DNA from: Squalus acanthias
Lineage: Eukaryota
Assembly: GCA_030390025.1 (NCBI GenBank)
Contig: CM059427.1
Location: forward strand, 134,974,001 to 135,038,000
Direction of reading: 5' to 3'
DNA length: 64,000 bases
The notes below the pieces were generated by a model. That model saw only the letters and a program-made list of their open reading frames with translations. It had not been told where the DNA came from and did no database searches. Shown here piece after piece: positions 49,703 through 61,849 of the stretch. The position numbers and the translations under genes are program-made. Each line of letters begins with the position of its first letter. The stretch's first letter is position 1.

Positions 49703-52108
49703 TTAGGAATATAGGAACAGGAGTAGGCCATTTAGTCCCTCAAGCCTATTCTGCCATTCGATGGGATCATGATTAATCTGTGACCGAACTCCATATACCT
49801 GCCTTTGCCCCATATCCCTTAATACTTTTGGTTAACAAAAATCTATCAATCTCAGATTTAAAATTAACAATTGACCTAGCATCAACTGCAGTTTGCAGAA
49901 GAGAGTTTCAAACTTCTACCACTTCACTCCTGAAAGATAACGGCTCTAAATTTTAGGCTCTGTCCCCTAGTCCTAGGCTCCCCAACCAACGGAAATAGTT
50001 TTTCGCAATCTACCCTATCAGTTCCCCTTAGTATTGTGAAAACTTGGATCAAATCATCCATTAACCTTCTAAATTCCAGGGAATACAACCTTAGTTGGTG
50101 TAATCTCTCCTCGTAATTTAACCCTTGGAGTCCAAGTATCACTCTGGTTAACCTACATTGCACTTCCTCCAAGGCCAATATATCCTTCCTAAGGTGTGGT
50201 GCCCAGAACTGAACACAGTACTCCAGGTGTGGTCTAACCAGGCTTTGTATAGGTGTAGCATAACTTCAACCCCCTTGTACTCTAGTCCTCTAGATATAAA
50301 GCCCAGCATTTCATTAGCCTTTTGATTATTTTCTGTAGCTGTCCATGACATTTTAATGATCTATATACATGGATCCCTAAATCTCTTTGGACCTCCACTG
50401 TTTCTAGATTATCACCATTTAGAAAGTACTCTGATTATCCTTTTTAGGTGCAAAGTGGATGACCTCACACTTGCCTACATTAAAATCTATTTGCCACAGT
50501 TTTGCCCATTCACTCAATCTATTAATAACTCTTTGTAATGTTATGCTTCCATTTACACTGCTTACAATGTTGCCTATTTGTGTGTCATCGGCAAACTTGG
50601 ATATGTGGCTCTCTATCCCATCATCTAAGCTGTTAATAAATATGGTAAATAGTTGAGGCCCCAACACAGATTCCTATGGGACACCACTAGTCACATCCTG
50701 CCCATTATCCCTACTCTATGTCTCCTGCCGCTCAGCCAATTTCCTAACCAGGTCAATAATTTGCCTTCAATTCCATGAGTTTCAACTTTAGCTAACAGTA
50801 CTTATGAGGGACTTTATCGAATGCCTTCTGGAAGTCCATATAAATAACATCCATAGACATTCCCCTGTCCACTACTTTAGTCACCTCTTCAAAAAATTCA
50901 ATCAGGTTTGTCAGGCATGACCTACTTTTTACAAATCCATGCTGAATCTCTCTGATCAGCTGAAAATTTTCAAGGTGCTAAGTCTCCTTAATTGTAGACT
51001 CTAGTAATTTGCTGACAACAGATGTTAGGCCAACTGGTCTATAACTCCCTGGTTTCCCTTTCTCACCTTTCTTCAATAGCGGAGTGACATGTGCAAAAAG
51101 GAATGGTTCCTGAATCAAGAGAACTTTGGAAGATTATAGTTAGGGCACCTGCAATGTTCTCACCTACTTCCTTTAAAACCCTGGGATGGAAACCATCTGG
51201 TCCTGGGGATTTGTCAATCTTTAGCGCCATTATTTTCTTCATTTTGCTTATGTTAACTTTGGTGAGTCCCTGTCCATGGTTCAATATTAGTTTCCATGGG
51301 CTGTCCAGAATGCTATCTTCCTTTACTGTAAATACTGACGCAAAGTAATTATTCAACATGTCCGCCATTTCCTTATTATCATTGACAATATCACCATTAT
51401 CAGTTTTCAAGGGGCCCACATTGCTCCTGATCACCATCTTTTTCCTAATATAATTGTCAAGAAAATTGTGTTTATTTTGGTATCCTTTGCAAGTTTCTTT
51501 TCATACTCTTTTTTTGCTCTTACTATCTGTTTTGTCACTTTTGTTGTTCTTTGTATATTTCCCATTCACCAGGATATACGCTTTTTTTTGCATTTTTGTA
51601 TGCTTTTTCTTTTATGTTGTCTTTTGTCTTTTGTTATCCATGGCTGTTTTTTTCTGTCAAGTAGAGCTCTTGCCCCTCAGGGGTATAAACTGGTCGGTAT
51701 TACATTAACATTTTTTGAACACCTCCCAGCGATCTTCTGTTGATTTACCCATTAATAGATTTGCCCAGTTTGCTGTGGACAGTCTCTGTCTCATCCCGTT
51801 GAAGTCAGCCTTACCTAAATCTAGAATCATAGTAGCTGATTCGCGTTTGTCCCTTTCAAACACAATGTTGAACTTGATCATATTATGATCGCTATTAGAT
51901 AAATGTTCACACACCGTTAGGCTGTTAACTAAATCTGGCTCCTTGCTCATTATTAAATCTAATATGGCCTGCCCCCTTGTTGGTTCTAGGACATATTGCT
52001 GCAGCAAACTATCCTAAACACACTCAAGAAATTCGCTACCTTTCTGACATGAGCTAGTCTGCTTATCCCAATCAATACAAAAGTTAAAATCTCCCATTAA
52101 AACCATTT
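49703..52108 (-). mobile_element. Decayed CR1, end of endonuclease through 3' tail
   Basis: MGDFN, LQQYVLEPTRGQAILDL, KSPGPDG and FADD over several frames. Confidence 0.92.
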
Positions 52109-52829
52109 TAACAGCTAAAGTTTCCTGCCATTGATTTCTGGCAGGGTTGTTCTGCTTGTTCACTGTGACTTCATTTCTCCAGGGTTCCCATGGATTTTCC
52201 ACTGAAGTTACGGTGGATGATTATAGAGAACCCTTGCATAAGTTCTATCTTTTCATTTTTACACTTTTTTTTTCTTTGAGTAATACAGTATAAAAGAAGT
52301 CATCACTTCAATCACCAATACAACAATAAATTATACAATGATTACTTGTATGTTTTATTAGGTCAAAACACAAATAGTATGGACTTTTAAACTATTTCCG
52401 CAATTTTGCGTTAAAATAGTGTTGGGGTCCTAATTGCATCATTGGACTCTGATTTGCATGTATTCAGGAGGTCTCTGGCAGGCATCTCAGCTGAGTAAAA
52501 GAACTGTGTGGTGTGGTATATTAAAGGCAGCTAAGATTATATATCAAAGAATTCCATCTGATGCATAATGCATAATTTAATGTGTGAACTATATATTGTC
52601 AAATGGGACGTGTAGATAGAAACTCCAGTAAATAAAAATTGTCTTGGTGAATGTGCAGAAGTGCTGATATTTGCAGAAAATCTGTGATGCCACAAGTATC
52701 CATCTCTGGTCAGCTGAAACAAGTGCATTCAATTTTTGATTTGCTGAAAAGTTCCATACCTTTTATTCCTGTTCTCAGTTTCTCTCTGAATTTATTTCTG
52801 TTTATTAATTATTGATCTGCTCACATATA

Positions 52830-52992
52830 GGGGATGATTAGTGCAATAGTGTAAAATGGGTGATAGCGAATCGGCAGCCCGTTTTACATCTCTCTTGACT
52901 TCAATGGAAACAAGAATCGGGAGAGATGTAAAATGCGCTGCCGATTCGCTGTCGCCCGTTTTATGCTATCGCACAAAGTCAAAATTTACCCC
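52830..52992. mobile_element. Palindromic 163-bp MITE
   Basis: GTGTAAAATGGGTGATAGCGAATCGGCAGC mirrors GCTGCCGATTCGCTGTCGCCCGTTTTATGC; TSD ATA/ATA. Confidence 0.85.
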
Positions 52993-53945
52993 ATAGTTTT
53001 GATATAACGTATTTTGTTCATTGTCCTTTGGGTGGTATATGTGAACTTTAATTTCTTTAACTTCTTAAATCTCCCTTATGTGGAACTTACAGGGATTGGG
53101 TTTTCAAACCAACACCAATATAGCGGTACATGTAATGTACAGTAATGACTGAAAAAAGACAGCAAAGTATCGATCAAAAATAACTAAAGTTAAAAGTAAT
53201 GCACACAAATTAAACACATACAGTAAAAGGTCAGAGTGTTTCAAATATCAACTTGTCCTCATTAGATCCGATTCCCTTAAAGTTGCTGAATTTTTTACAA
53301 ATAAACAGATTACAAATTGAAATACGAAACAATAAAATGTTTAACAATTAATTGTCAAAGTATGAGTATTTTGTTTGGAGAGCCCTAGCCCCTATGTCCT
53401 TAGGTCTAAATCACCCAATATCCTTTGTAGTTCAAATACACAACATTCAGACCAGGGACAACAATGGTCAGAGCCAGAACAGAACCTCCAGAAGCACTGC
53501 CTATCAATCTTTGCTCATCAGAGCTTCTCAAAAGATGCAAGACCTTTGATAAAGTCAAATTCATCCTCTGAAACAAGGATACTGAATATAGAATGAGGTT
53601 CAAAATACTGACTGAGGATACAGCAATTTCCTTCACTTTACCAAAGCCAGCCAAGGACTATTTGAAGAGCAAAGCTGTTTCTAAACAACCTCCCCAAAGG
53701 TTACCATTTTCCTATTTTCCTAGGCCTTCATCAAAATCTCTCAGAGTATGTAGAGTTTATTTGAACTAATTATTATCCAAATATTTCAAGTCAATTATTT
53801 TTTGTATAAAGGATACTTCTAATTTATTTGAATATGCTTATTGGCAGTTCTGTTAAATCTGTCTGTATAGACAGAGAATTCTCAAATTATAAAATTAACC
53901 TAAAGTTTAAGATGAATTGTTAAAAGAAACTCAGTGCAGCTTTGA

Positions 53946-54940
53946 TTTTTTTTATTCGTTCCTGGGATGTGGGCGTCGCTGGCAAGGCCAGCATTTATTG
54001 CCCATCCCTAATTGCCCTTGAGAAGATGGTGGTGAGCCGCCTTCTTGAACCGCTGCAGTCCGTGTGGTAAAGGTACTCCCACAGTGCTGTTAGGGAGGGA
54101 GTTACAGGATTTTGACCCAGTGACGATGAAAGAACGGCGATATATTTCCAAGTCAGGATGGTGTGTGACTTGGAAGGGAATTTGGAGGTAATGGTGTTCC
54201 CATGCGCCTGCTACCCTTGTCCTTCTAGGTGGTAGAAGTCATGGATTTTGGAGGTGCTGTCGTAGAAGCCTTGGTGAGTTGCTGCAGTGCATCTTATAGA
54301 TGGTACATACTGCAGCCACGGTGTGTCGGTGGTGGAGGGAGTGAATGTTTAAGGTGGTGGATGGGGTGCCAATCAAGCAGGCTGCTTTGTCCTGGATGGT
54401 GTTGAGCTTCTTGAGTGTTGTTGGAGCTGCACTCATCCAGGCAAGTGGAGAGTATTCCATTACACTCCTGACTTGTGCCTTGTAGATGGTAGAAAGGCTT
54501 TGGGGAGTCAGGAGGTGAGACACTCATCACAGAATACCCAGCCTCTGACCTGCTCTTGTTGCCATAGTATTTATGTGGCTGGTCCAGTTAAGTTTCTGGT
54601 CAATGGTGAGCCCCAGGATGTTGATGGTGGGGGATTTGGCGATGGTAATGCCATTGAATGTCAAGGGGCAGTGGTTAGACTCTCTCTTGTTGGAGATAGT
54701 CATTGCCTGGCACTTGTGTGGCGCGAATGTTACCTGCCACTTATCAGCCCAAGCCTGAATGTCATCCAGGTCTTGTTGCATGCGGGCATGGACTGCTTCA
54801 TTATCTGAGGAGTTGCGAATGGAACTGAACACTGTGCAATCGTCAGTGAGCATCCCCACTTTGACTTTATGATGGAGGGCAGGTCATTGATGAAGCAGCT
54901 GAAGATGGTTGGACCCAGGACACTACCCTGAGGGGCTCCT
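53946..54940 (-). mobile_element. LINE family B, 3' 1 kb
   Basis: DDCTVF, WADKWQVTFAPHKCQ and the complete 3' end with A-tail; stops ~45 bp before the exon 2 acceptor. Confidence 0.95.
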
Positions 54941-54986
54941 GTTAGTTAAAATAACTCATGACATTTCTCTTCATTTTCTGTTTCAG

Positions 54987-55052
54987 GTACTATCACAAAT
55001 AATTCCACAAATTCTGTGACAACTACCCAGACAAATCCAACAATCCTTACAG
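54987..55052 (+). CDS. EMCN: Endomucin-like exon 2 (66 nt): (G)TITNNSTNSVTTTQTNPTILT
   Basis: Acceptor ttttctgtttcag, donor ACAG|GTATTT, phase 1-1, Thr-rich, two N-glycosylation sequons. Confidence 0.85.
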
Positions 55053-55199
55053 GTATTTGTTATACTCTACTGTTTGCACTAGACGGTCAAACATGGTGAT
55101 GTTAATAAAATGAATGACACTGTCTGTATCGCTAATTCCTCTTAAGAAATTGAATTACAATGATTTTATTTTGTGGTTATTTCCAGTTCAGATTGTAAA

Positions 55200-56570
55200 C
55201 AATTCAACATTAACAACCACAACTTGATTAGAAAGTGGAACGGCTTTGTAGCAAAGAGTTCCAAATTCTAACGGGTAAAGATTTTTTTCTAACAACACCC
55301 TCAATTCTTTTTGCAATACTCTTAAATTTCTGTCCTCTCATTATTATCTCACAAATAGAAACAATCTAGCATTCTTTATCTTAACATAACCACTCATGCC
55401 TGGTAACACCCTAGTGAACATATATTGTAGCATTTCCATTGCTTTCTGATCCTTCAAATAATAGTGCCCAAAATTATATACAGTGCAATCCAGCTGTGGC
55501 CTAACTAAAATTTGATACAGGTTCAATACTACCTCTCCACTTTTGTGTTCTATGCCTCTAAAAACAAAGCTAAGGATTCCCATTTCCTTTTGTATGGCCT
55601 TATCTACGTGTGCTGCCACCTTTGATAATCTGTGTTCTGCATACCAAGGTCACTCTGGTCTTCTACTCCATTTAAAATCTTATAATTTAAGGTTTACTTC
55701 CTGCATATATTCTTGTTTACAAGATCTCTATACATTGAACTGCATCTGCCACTTATCTGTCCATCCGACTAGACCACCTATGTCCTCCTGCAGTCTTTCA
55801 CAATCCTCGTCACAATTTGTCTTATCCTACCCAAATTTGGTGTCATCAGCCAATTTCAATATTGTTCCCTCCGTTCCTAAGTTATGATCATTTATTTATG
55901 CACAGCAGTCCCAACAGAGACCATCGTGGAACACCACTAGCTATAGCTTTCCAATCTTCCAGTCCAAGAAACTTCCTCTTATCTCTATCCTTTGCTTTCT
56001 GCTCTCCAACAATCTGTGTACATAATGCTACATTCCCCTTAATTCCATGTGTAAAAGTCTCTTATATGGTACCTTATCAAATGTACTTTGAAAATCTATA
56101 TAAACATCACCATTGCAATTCCTTTATCTATCCTTTGTTATTATTTCAAAGAATTCTTTCAGGTTAATTAAGCATGACCTGCCATTTAGAAAGCCAAACT
56201 GACAAGCCTTGATCAATTCATGTTTCTCCAAGTGCTTGGTAATGATGCTATATTATCTACTCTAGTAATTTAGCAAAAACTGAAGCAAGACTAGTTTTTC
56301 CATGATTTCCTGACTTATCTCTGCCTTCTTTTTTTAAAATGAGAAGTCGCACAACACCAGGTTATAGTCCAACAGATTTATTTAATTTTACAAGCTTTCG
56401 GAGCAGTTCGCTCTTTTTAAAGAGGAGAGTCACATTTTCCATCTTCAGTACTGGCATAATTTTCCTTTCCACTGAACTTTGGAAAATTATAGTCAGAGCC
56501 TCCACTAGCTCCACTTCCTAGCTTCCCTCGAGATTCTGGATGCAAACCATCAGGTCCCTATGATTGGTCT
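55200..56570 (-). mobile_element. Old degraded CR1 containing a half Penelope pLTR (~56343-56413)
   Basis: RGIEHKSGEVVLNLYQILVRPQL and ADDT-like motifs; GTCGCACAACACCAGGTTATAGTCCAACAG is identical to 2100-2129. Confidence 0.75.
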
Positions 56571-57073
56571 ACCTTAAATTTGAGTATTTTATTTCTGAAA
56601 ATATGATCTCTAAGAGTAAATAAAGTGGCACAATAAATTACACGCTTCTTATTTCCGATAGACTGTAAAGAATACATTGTGATTGACATTGGAAGAGCTT
56701 GGCTGAGCATTTCAGTAAGAAAAGAAAATGCTGGAAAAAACATTGCAGTCCCATCACCATCTGAAAGAGAAAGGATGGGTTAAGGCTTTGGATGGGCAGG
56801 TTAATATTTTGTTACTTCCTTGGCTGTCTCCTTGCCCATTCACACCTGTGCCCCTCCTACCCCATGCCCCCCCACTGTGTTCAGTGCCCCTCCTCCCAAC
56901 ATTGAACAATTGTCCAGTACACAATAAGCACTTCACTCGCTATTGGTACCTGGCATTATAGTTCTGACAGTCCTCAGCTTTGAAAATGATGAGTGTAGTA
57001 GCACTGAAGCTGGTCATTAATCTTTCATTAATGGATAATAACAGAAAACTGCTCTATGCATGTTATGCTCCAG

Positions 57074-57193
57074 GAACGAACAATGGAGAGATGATAGCTG
57101 TCACAACAGACATTGCAAATTCATCAGTGACAAGTGGCAAGACAGCTTCACAAGATGCAGGGAGCCTACAATCTACAGTAAATGCAAGTGAAG
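57074..57193 (+). CDS. EMCN: Endomucin-like exon 3 (120 nt): (G)TNNGEMIAVTTDIANSSVTSGKTASQDAGSLQSTVNASE
   Basis: Acceptor tgttatgctccag, donor GAAG|GTAATA, phase 1-1, open frame, sequons NSS and NAS. Confidence 0.8.
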
Positions 57194-57496
57194 GTAATAG
57201 TATTGTTACATTTTAACTTTCTACATAATAATTCACTTATTTGGAATAATACAAGCCAATTCCCTTAAGGTCAGTTAGTCTCCCAGGCAAAGTTTGAGTG
57301 CCAGCGTAGCAAACATTCAAGATTCAGTGAACCTTTCAAATTTCACCAATCATGGTCTGACCCTCATGGCCAAAAAAATGTTGTTCAGACGAGTTTTGCT
57401 TTGCGAAAGTGCAAATCCTGCAGCAACTTGCCACCAAGCAGCAAAAATAGCAAATGCAGAGAAACCCTCATCCTAATCATACTATCCTCCCAATCC

Positions 57497-58014
57497 GGGA
57501 ATGGTAGCATAACTAGTAATCCAGAGGCCTGGACCAATGATCTGGAGACATGAGTTCAAATCCCATCACAGCAGCTGGGGAATTTAAATTCAGTTAATTA
57601 CATGAATCTGAAATAAAAAGCTAGTATCAGTAATGGTGACCATGAAACTACTGGATTGTTGTAAAAAAAAAACATCTGGTTCACTAATGTCCTTCAGGGA
57701 AGGAAATAAGAACATAAGAAATAGGAGCAGGAATAGGCCACTTGGCCCCTCGAGCCTGCTCCGCCATTCAATAAGATCATGGCTGATCAAATCTGCCATC
57801 CCTATCTAGTCTGGCCTACATGTGACTCCAGACCAATGTGGTTGCCTCTTAACTGAAATGGCCTAGCAAGCCACTCAGTTGTACCAAACCGCTGAAGTCA
57901 TCTGGCGTAACAAAGTCTCTGTGGGAGTATCTTCACCACACGGACTGCAGCGGTTCACCACCACCTTCTCAAGGGCAATTAGGGATGGGCAATAAATGCC
58001 CATATAAAAAAAAA
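57497..58014 (+). mobile_element. tRNA-headed SINE-like element with a family B 3' tail; CR1 tail inserted at ~57708-57788 (-)
   Basis: B box GAGTTCAAATCCC (57552-57564); body matches 38562-38810; tail matches 9342-9436. Confidence 0.85.
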
Positions 58015-58389
58015 TTAAAGAAGGCTGTACAGCAACAAGTGGCAATGATGACAACCTGAATGGGTACTATGTAAAGAGTAAGGAACAAAAATTACAAATA
58101 ACAAAATAAAGTCAACTCTGATTGCAGATAAATATTACCATCATGCAAATTCAACAGAAATTCTTGGTCCCTCGCACCATCTCACTATCAGGCTTTGCGA
58201 TAACCTAGAGCTAAATTGTACCTGTATTAGCACAATGATAGATGGAAATACAGAGACAGACACAGAGAAAAAGAGGCTCCTGAAAATAAAGAGATAAACA
58301 CAGAGGAAAAGAGACTGATGAAAATGAACAGAACAACACAGGGCATGAACACATCAATAACAAACTGTATCTTTTTATGATTTGTACAG

Positions 58390-58443
58390 CATCTCGTGAT
58401 TTTAGCACTCAGAATCCAACTACAATCAAAAATGCGCATACAG
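58390..58443 (+). CDS. EMCN: Endomucin-like exon 4 (54 nt): (A)SRDFSTQNPTTIKNAHT
   Basis: Acceptor ctttttatgatttgtacag, donor ACAG|GTATGT, phase 1-1, open frame. Confidence 0.75.
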
Positions 58444-58789
58444 GTATGTTAGCTTACATTACATTAGCTTCTCATGTTGGGAAAAGTAAAAGCAGTGGCC
58501 TAATTCACAAAATAAAAGTCTGTGAAGCAAGAAAGAATATCTGGAACCACTTTGGGGTTAATTGGTAATGGCATTTCTAAATCTGGAATCGTTTTATTTC
58601 ACAGGTTGACTTTTAATTCTTTTTCTGGCGAATAAGAATTTACCTTAAGAAGGCTCAAGTGTATGAACTAATGGAATAAAATTGTATTATAAAGTTATAA
58701 TTGAGTTAGTGCAACAGTTGTTTTGAAGTGCAGATTTTTAATATTTTATGCAGCCATAAGGTGACTCGTGTGGAAAACGAAAGATTCAC

Positions 58790-59440
58790 TCTGGTGCTGA
58801 CATAGGGTTTGAAGGATTTTGTTGATACAAATTACAAGGAGCTTTACTCTGCAACTAAGCAGTATTTTTTCAGTCCTGTGCTCCTAACGGGGAGTTGTGT
58901 TTGCAGGGAGCACGGGTCAGAGATTTGGAAATGTAAGGAGAATAAAAGGCCCAAAGATATGTGCTGGGTCCCCAGGAGGTTTGGAAAAGAAAACATGGTG
59001 GTGGTTCAGTGCGAGGATAAGGAGATACGAGCTTGGGATATTATCCAGGCGGCCTATGAGGACTGCGGTGAGGGAAGCTGCTTTGCCTGCCGACCAAAGC
59101 TGGGTTCGAGGTGACGGTCAGTGGCCGAGAGGAGGTGGACAGACTTTTACTGAGTTTGAAGGTTGGAGATATGTTCTTGGAGGTATCTCTGCTGTATTCT
59201 GAAGAGGTGGTGGTCTATATGCTGGTTTATATTGAGGATGATGTGCTAATAAAAAAGTTGGCGTCGTGGGACATTAAAATTTGCTCGACAATAAAGAGAA
59301 GATACTATCCAGGAACGCAGCTAGCAGATGGAACCTATTATGCAAAGGTGCGATTCCCAGAGGGGGTGAAGTCATTGCCGTATAGCATGAAATTTGATAC
59401 AATGGAAGGAGTGCAGTACTTCCGGGTACTGCATGATAAG
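58790..59440 (+). mobile_element. Tx1/L1-clade retrotransposon 5' fragment (ORF1 N-terminal half)
   Basis: CGEGSCFACRPK, YIEDDVLIKKLASW, IKRRYYPGTQLADGT..KVRFPEGVKSLPYSMKFDT.EG.QYFRVLHD resemble fish Tx1-type ORF1 proteins (recalled); one frameshift near 59105. Confidence 0.8.
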
Positions 59441-59679
59441 GCAGGGAGCACCACTCAGTATCCGCTCCGGGGCGCTACCGGGGCGTTGCGCACTCGACTG
59501 ACGTCACGATCTGCCGGCGCAGGAGATCGTGGCGGTAGTGTTTAGCGCCGCCGCAAAATGTCTAGTTAATTTCGCGAGCGGCGCAAACATCGCCGAGCCC
59601 GGGCGCTAGTTGCTTTGCGCCCCATTAGCGCCCTCTTAAGGCGCTAACGGGAGGCGCAACCAACTGAATTTTCCCCCCC
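59437..59679 (+). mobile_element. Right-end fragment of MITE family M1
   Basis: Matches 41972-42213 and ends in the TIR CTGAATTTTCCCCC. Confidence 0.9.
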
Positions 59680-59973
59680 ATATATGGACACTGGCCAAAC
59701 GAACTGTTGATAAGGAATGGGTTAAAACCTCGATACTCAAAGAACAGTTTCACACAGAGATTTGCTGCGAAGCAAAGGAACAGACTTACGACGACGTTGC
59801 CTGTATCCGAAGGGCTCCAGAGACCAAGGGCTGCAAGCTATTCGTTTTACTATCGCCTAATGCTATTAATTATGCTGTGAGCTTAATAAATCTGATCTAT
59901 TGCTCAAACATACTGGCTGCGGCCTATTTGTGTCTTGTCCAAGAACTCTGAGTGGTCACTTGACTGGCTCACA
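59680..59973 (+). mobile_element. Probable 3' part of a solo LTR
   Basis: AATAAA at 59885, terminal ...CTCACA, CpG-containing, interrupts a LINE. Architecture only. Confidence 0.45.
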
Positions 59974-61338
59974 CCATTTACCAGCCCAAGCCTGAATGTT
60001 GTCCAGGTCTTGCTGCATGCGGGCATGGACGGCTTCATTATCTGGGGAGTTGCGAATGGAACTGAACACTATGCAATCATCAGTGAACATCCCCATTTCT
60101 GACTTTATGATGGAGGCCAGGTCATTGATGAAGCAGCTGCAGATGATTGGGCCGAGGACACTGCCCTGAGGAACTCCTGCAGCGATGTCCTGGGGCTGAG
60201 ATGATTGACCTCCAACAACCACAACCATCTTCCTTTGTGCTAGGTATGACTCCAGCCAATGGAAAGTTTTCCTCCGGATTCCCATTGACTTCAATTTTAC
60301 TAGGGCTCCTTGATGCCACACTCGGTCAAATGCTGCCTTGATGGCAAGGGCAGTCACTCTCACCTCACCTCTTTTGTCCAAGGCTGTAATGAGGTCTGGA
60401 GCTGAGTGGTCTGGCGGAATCAAACTGAGCATTGGTGAGCAGGTTATTGGTGAGTAAGTGGCGCTTGATAGCACTGTCAACGACACCTTCCATCACTTTG
60501 CTGATGATTGAGAGTAGACTGATGGGGTGGTAATTGGCCAGATTGGATTTGTCCTGCTTTTTGTGGACCCGACACACCTGGACAGTTTTCCACATTGTCG
60601 GATGGATGCCACTGTTGTAGCTGTACTGGAACAGCTTGGCTAGAGGCGCAGCTAGTTCTGGAGCACAAGTCTTCAGCACGACAGCCGGGATGTTGTCGGG
60701 GCCCATAGCCTTTGCTGTATCCAGTGTGCTCAGCCGTTTCTTGATATTAAGTGGAGTGAATCGAATTGGCTGAAGACTGGCTTCTGTGATGGTGGGGACC
60801 TCGGGAGTAGGCCAATATGGATCATCCACTTGTCACTTCTGGCTGAAGATGGTTGCAAACACTTCAGCCTTGTTTTTTGAACTCGCAGGCTCAGCTCCGC
60901 CATCACTGAGGATGGGGTTATTCATGGAGCCTCCTCCTTCCGTTAGTTGTTTAATTGTCCACCACCATTTACGACTGGATGTGGCAGGACTGCGGAGCTT
61001 TGATCTGATCCATTGATTGTGGGATCGTTTAGCTCTGTCTATAGCATGCTGCTTTCGCTGTTTAGCATGCATGTAATCCTGTGTTGCAGCTTCCCCAGGT
61101 TGGCACCTCATTTTTAGGTACACCTGGTGCTGCTCCTGGCATGCTCTTCTGTACTCCTCATTGAACCAGGGTTGGTCCCCTGGCTTGATGGTAATAGTTG
61201 GGTGAGGGATATGCCGGGCCATGAGGTTACAGATTGTGGTAGAGTACAATTCTGCTGCTGCTGATGGCCCACGGTGCCTCATGGATGCCCAGTTTTGAAC
61301 TGCTAGATCTGTTCTGAATCTATCCCATTTAGCATGGC
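59974..61338 (-). mobile_element. LINE family B internal fragment
   Basis: KAMGPDNIPAVVLKTCAPEL, AIKAAFDRVWH, GVPQGSVLGP. Confidence 0.95.
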
Positions 61339-61613
61339 TGTAAAGCGCTTTGGAATGTCCGGTGTTTGTGAAAGGCGCTATATAAATGCAAGTCTTTCTT
61401 TCTTTTACCCCTCTAGTCCTGATGCAGGATACTGACTGATGCTAACACTGGGTATAAATTGAAATATTTTCTATTCCTCACCTTACTGAGTCGTCAACTT
61501 TGTCTCAAAAATATAAATTGAAAGAAAAACTACAATTATTACCTTACTATTTGCTAATAAGTGTTTCTAGCTCTTGTTGTGATTATCATAATTAAAATAC
61601 TTTTCATTTGTAG

Positions 61614-61718
61614 TGTCAAATAGTTCTTCAGTGGCAGACACTTTCGCCATTACACCATCTGCAGGAAGTGAAAACTCTACATCTGAAATAACAACCCCTG
61701 CAAAGAATGAAACAATAG
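61614..61718 (+). CDS. EMCN: Endomucin-like exon 5 (105 nt): (V)SNSSSVADTFAITPSAGSENSTSEITTPAKNETI
   Basis: Acceptor cttttcatttgtag, donor ATAG|GTAAAA, phase 1-1, S/T/P-rich, three sequons. Confidence 0.85.
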
Positions 61719-61849
61719 GTAAAACCTGTCACTGCATTAAAATATTGCTGTGCCATAGATCTAGACTCTACTTTTGTGCAGTTTAAACAACCAATATAAC
61801 TTGTGTGGTCATAAGTGTGTGTGTTTGTGCGCGTGTATTTTAGGTGGCA

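Noticed and set aside
53431-53596. Possible extra mucin exon after the acceptor TCCTTTGTAG
   Set aside because: The phase-1 frame hits a stop at 53547, the only in-phase donor (GTCAGA) is weak, and the peptide is not Ser/Thr-rich.
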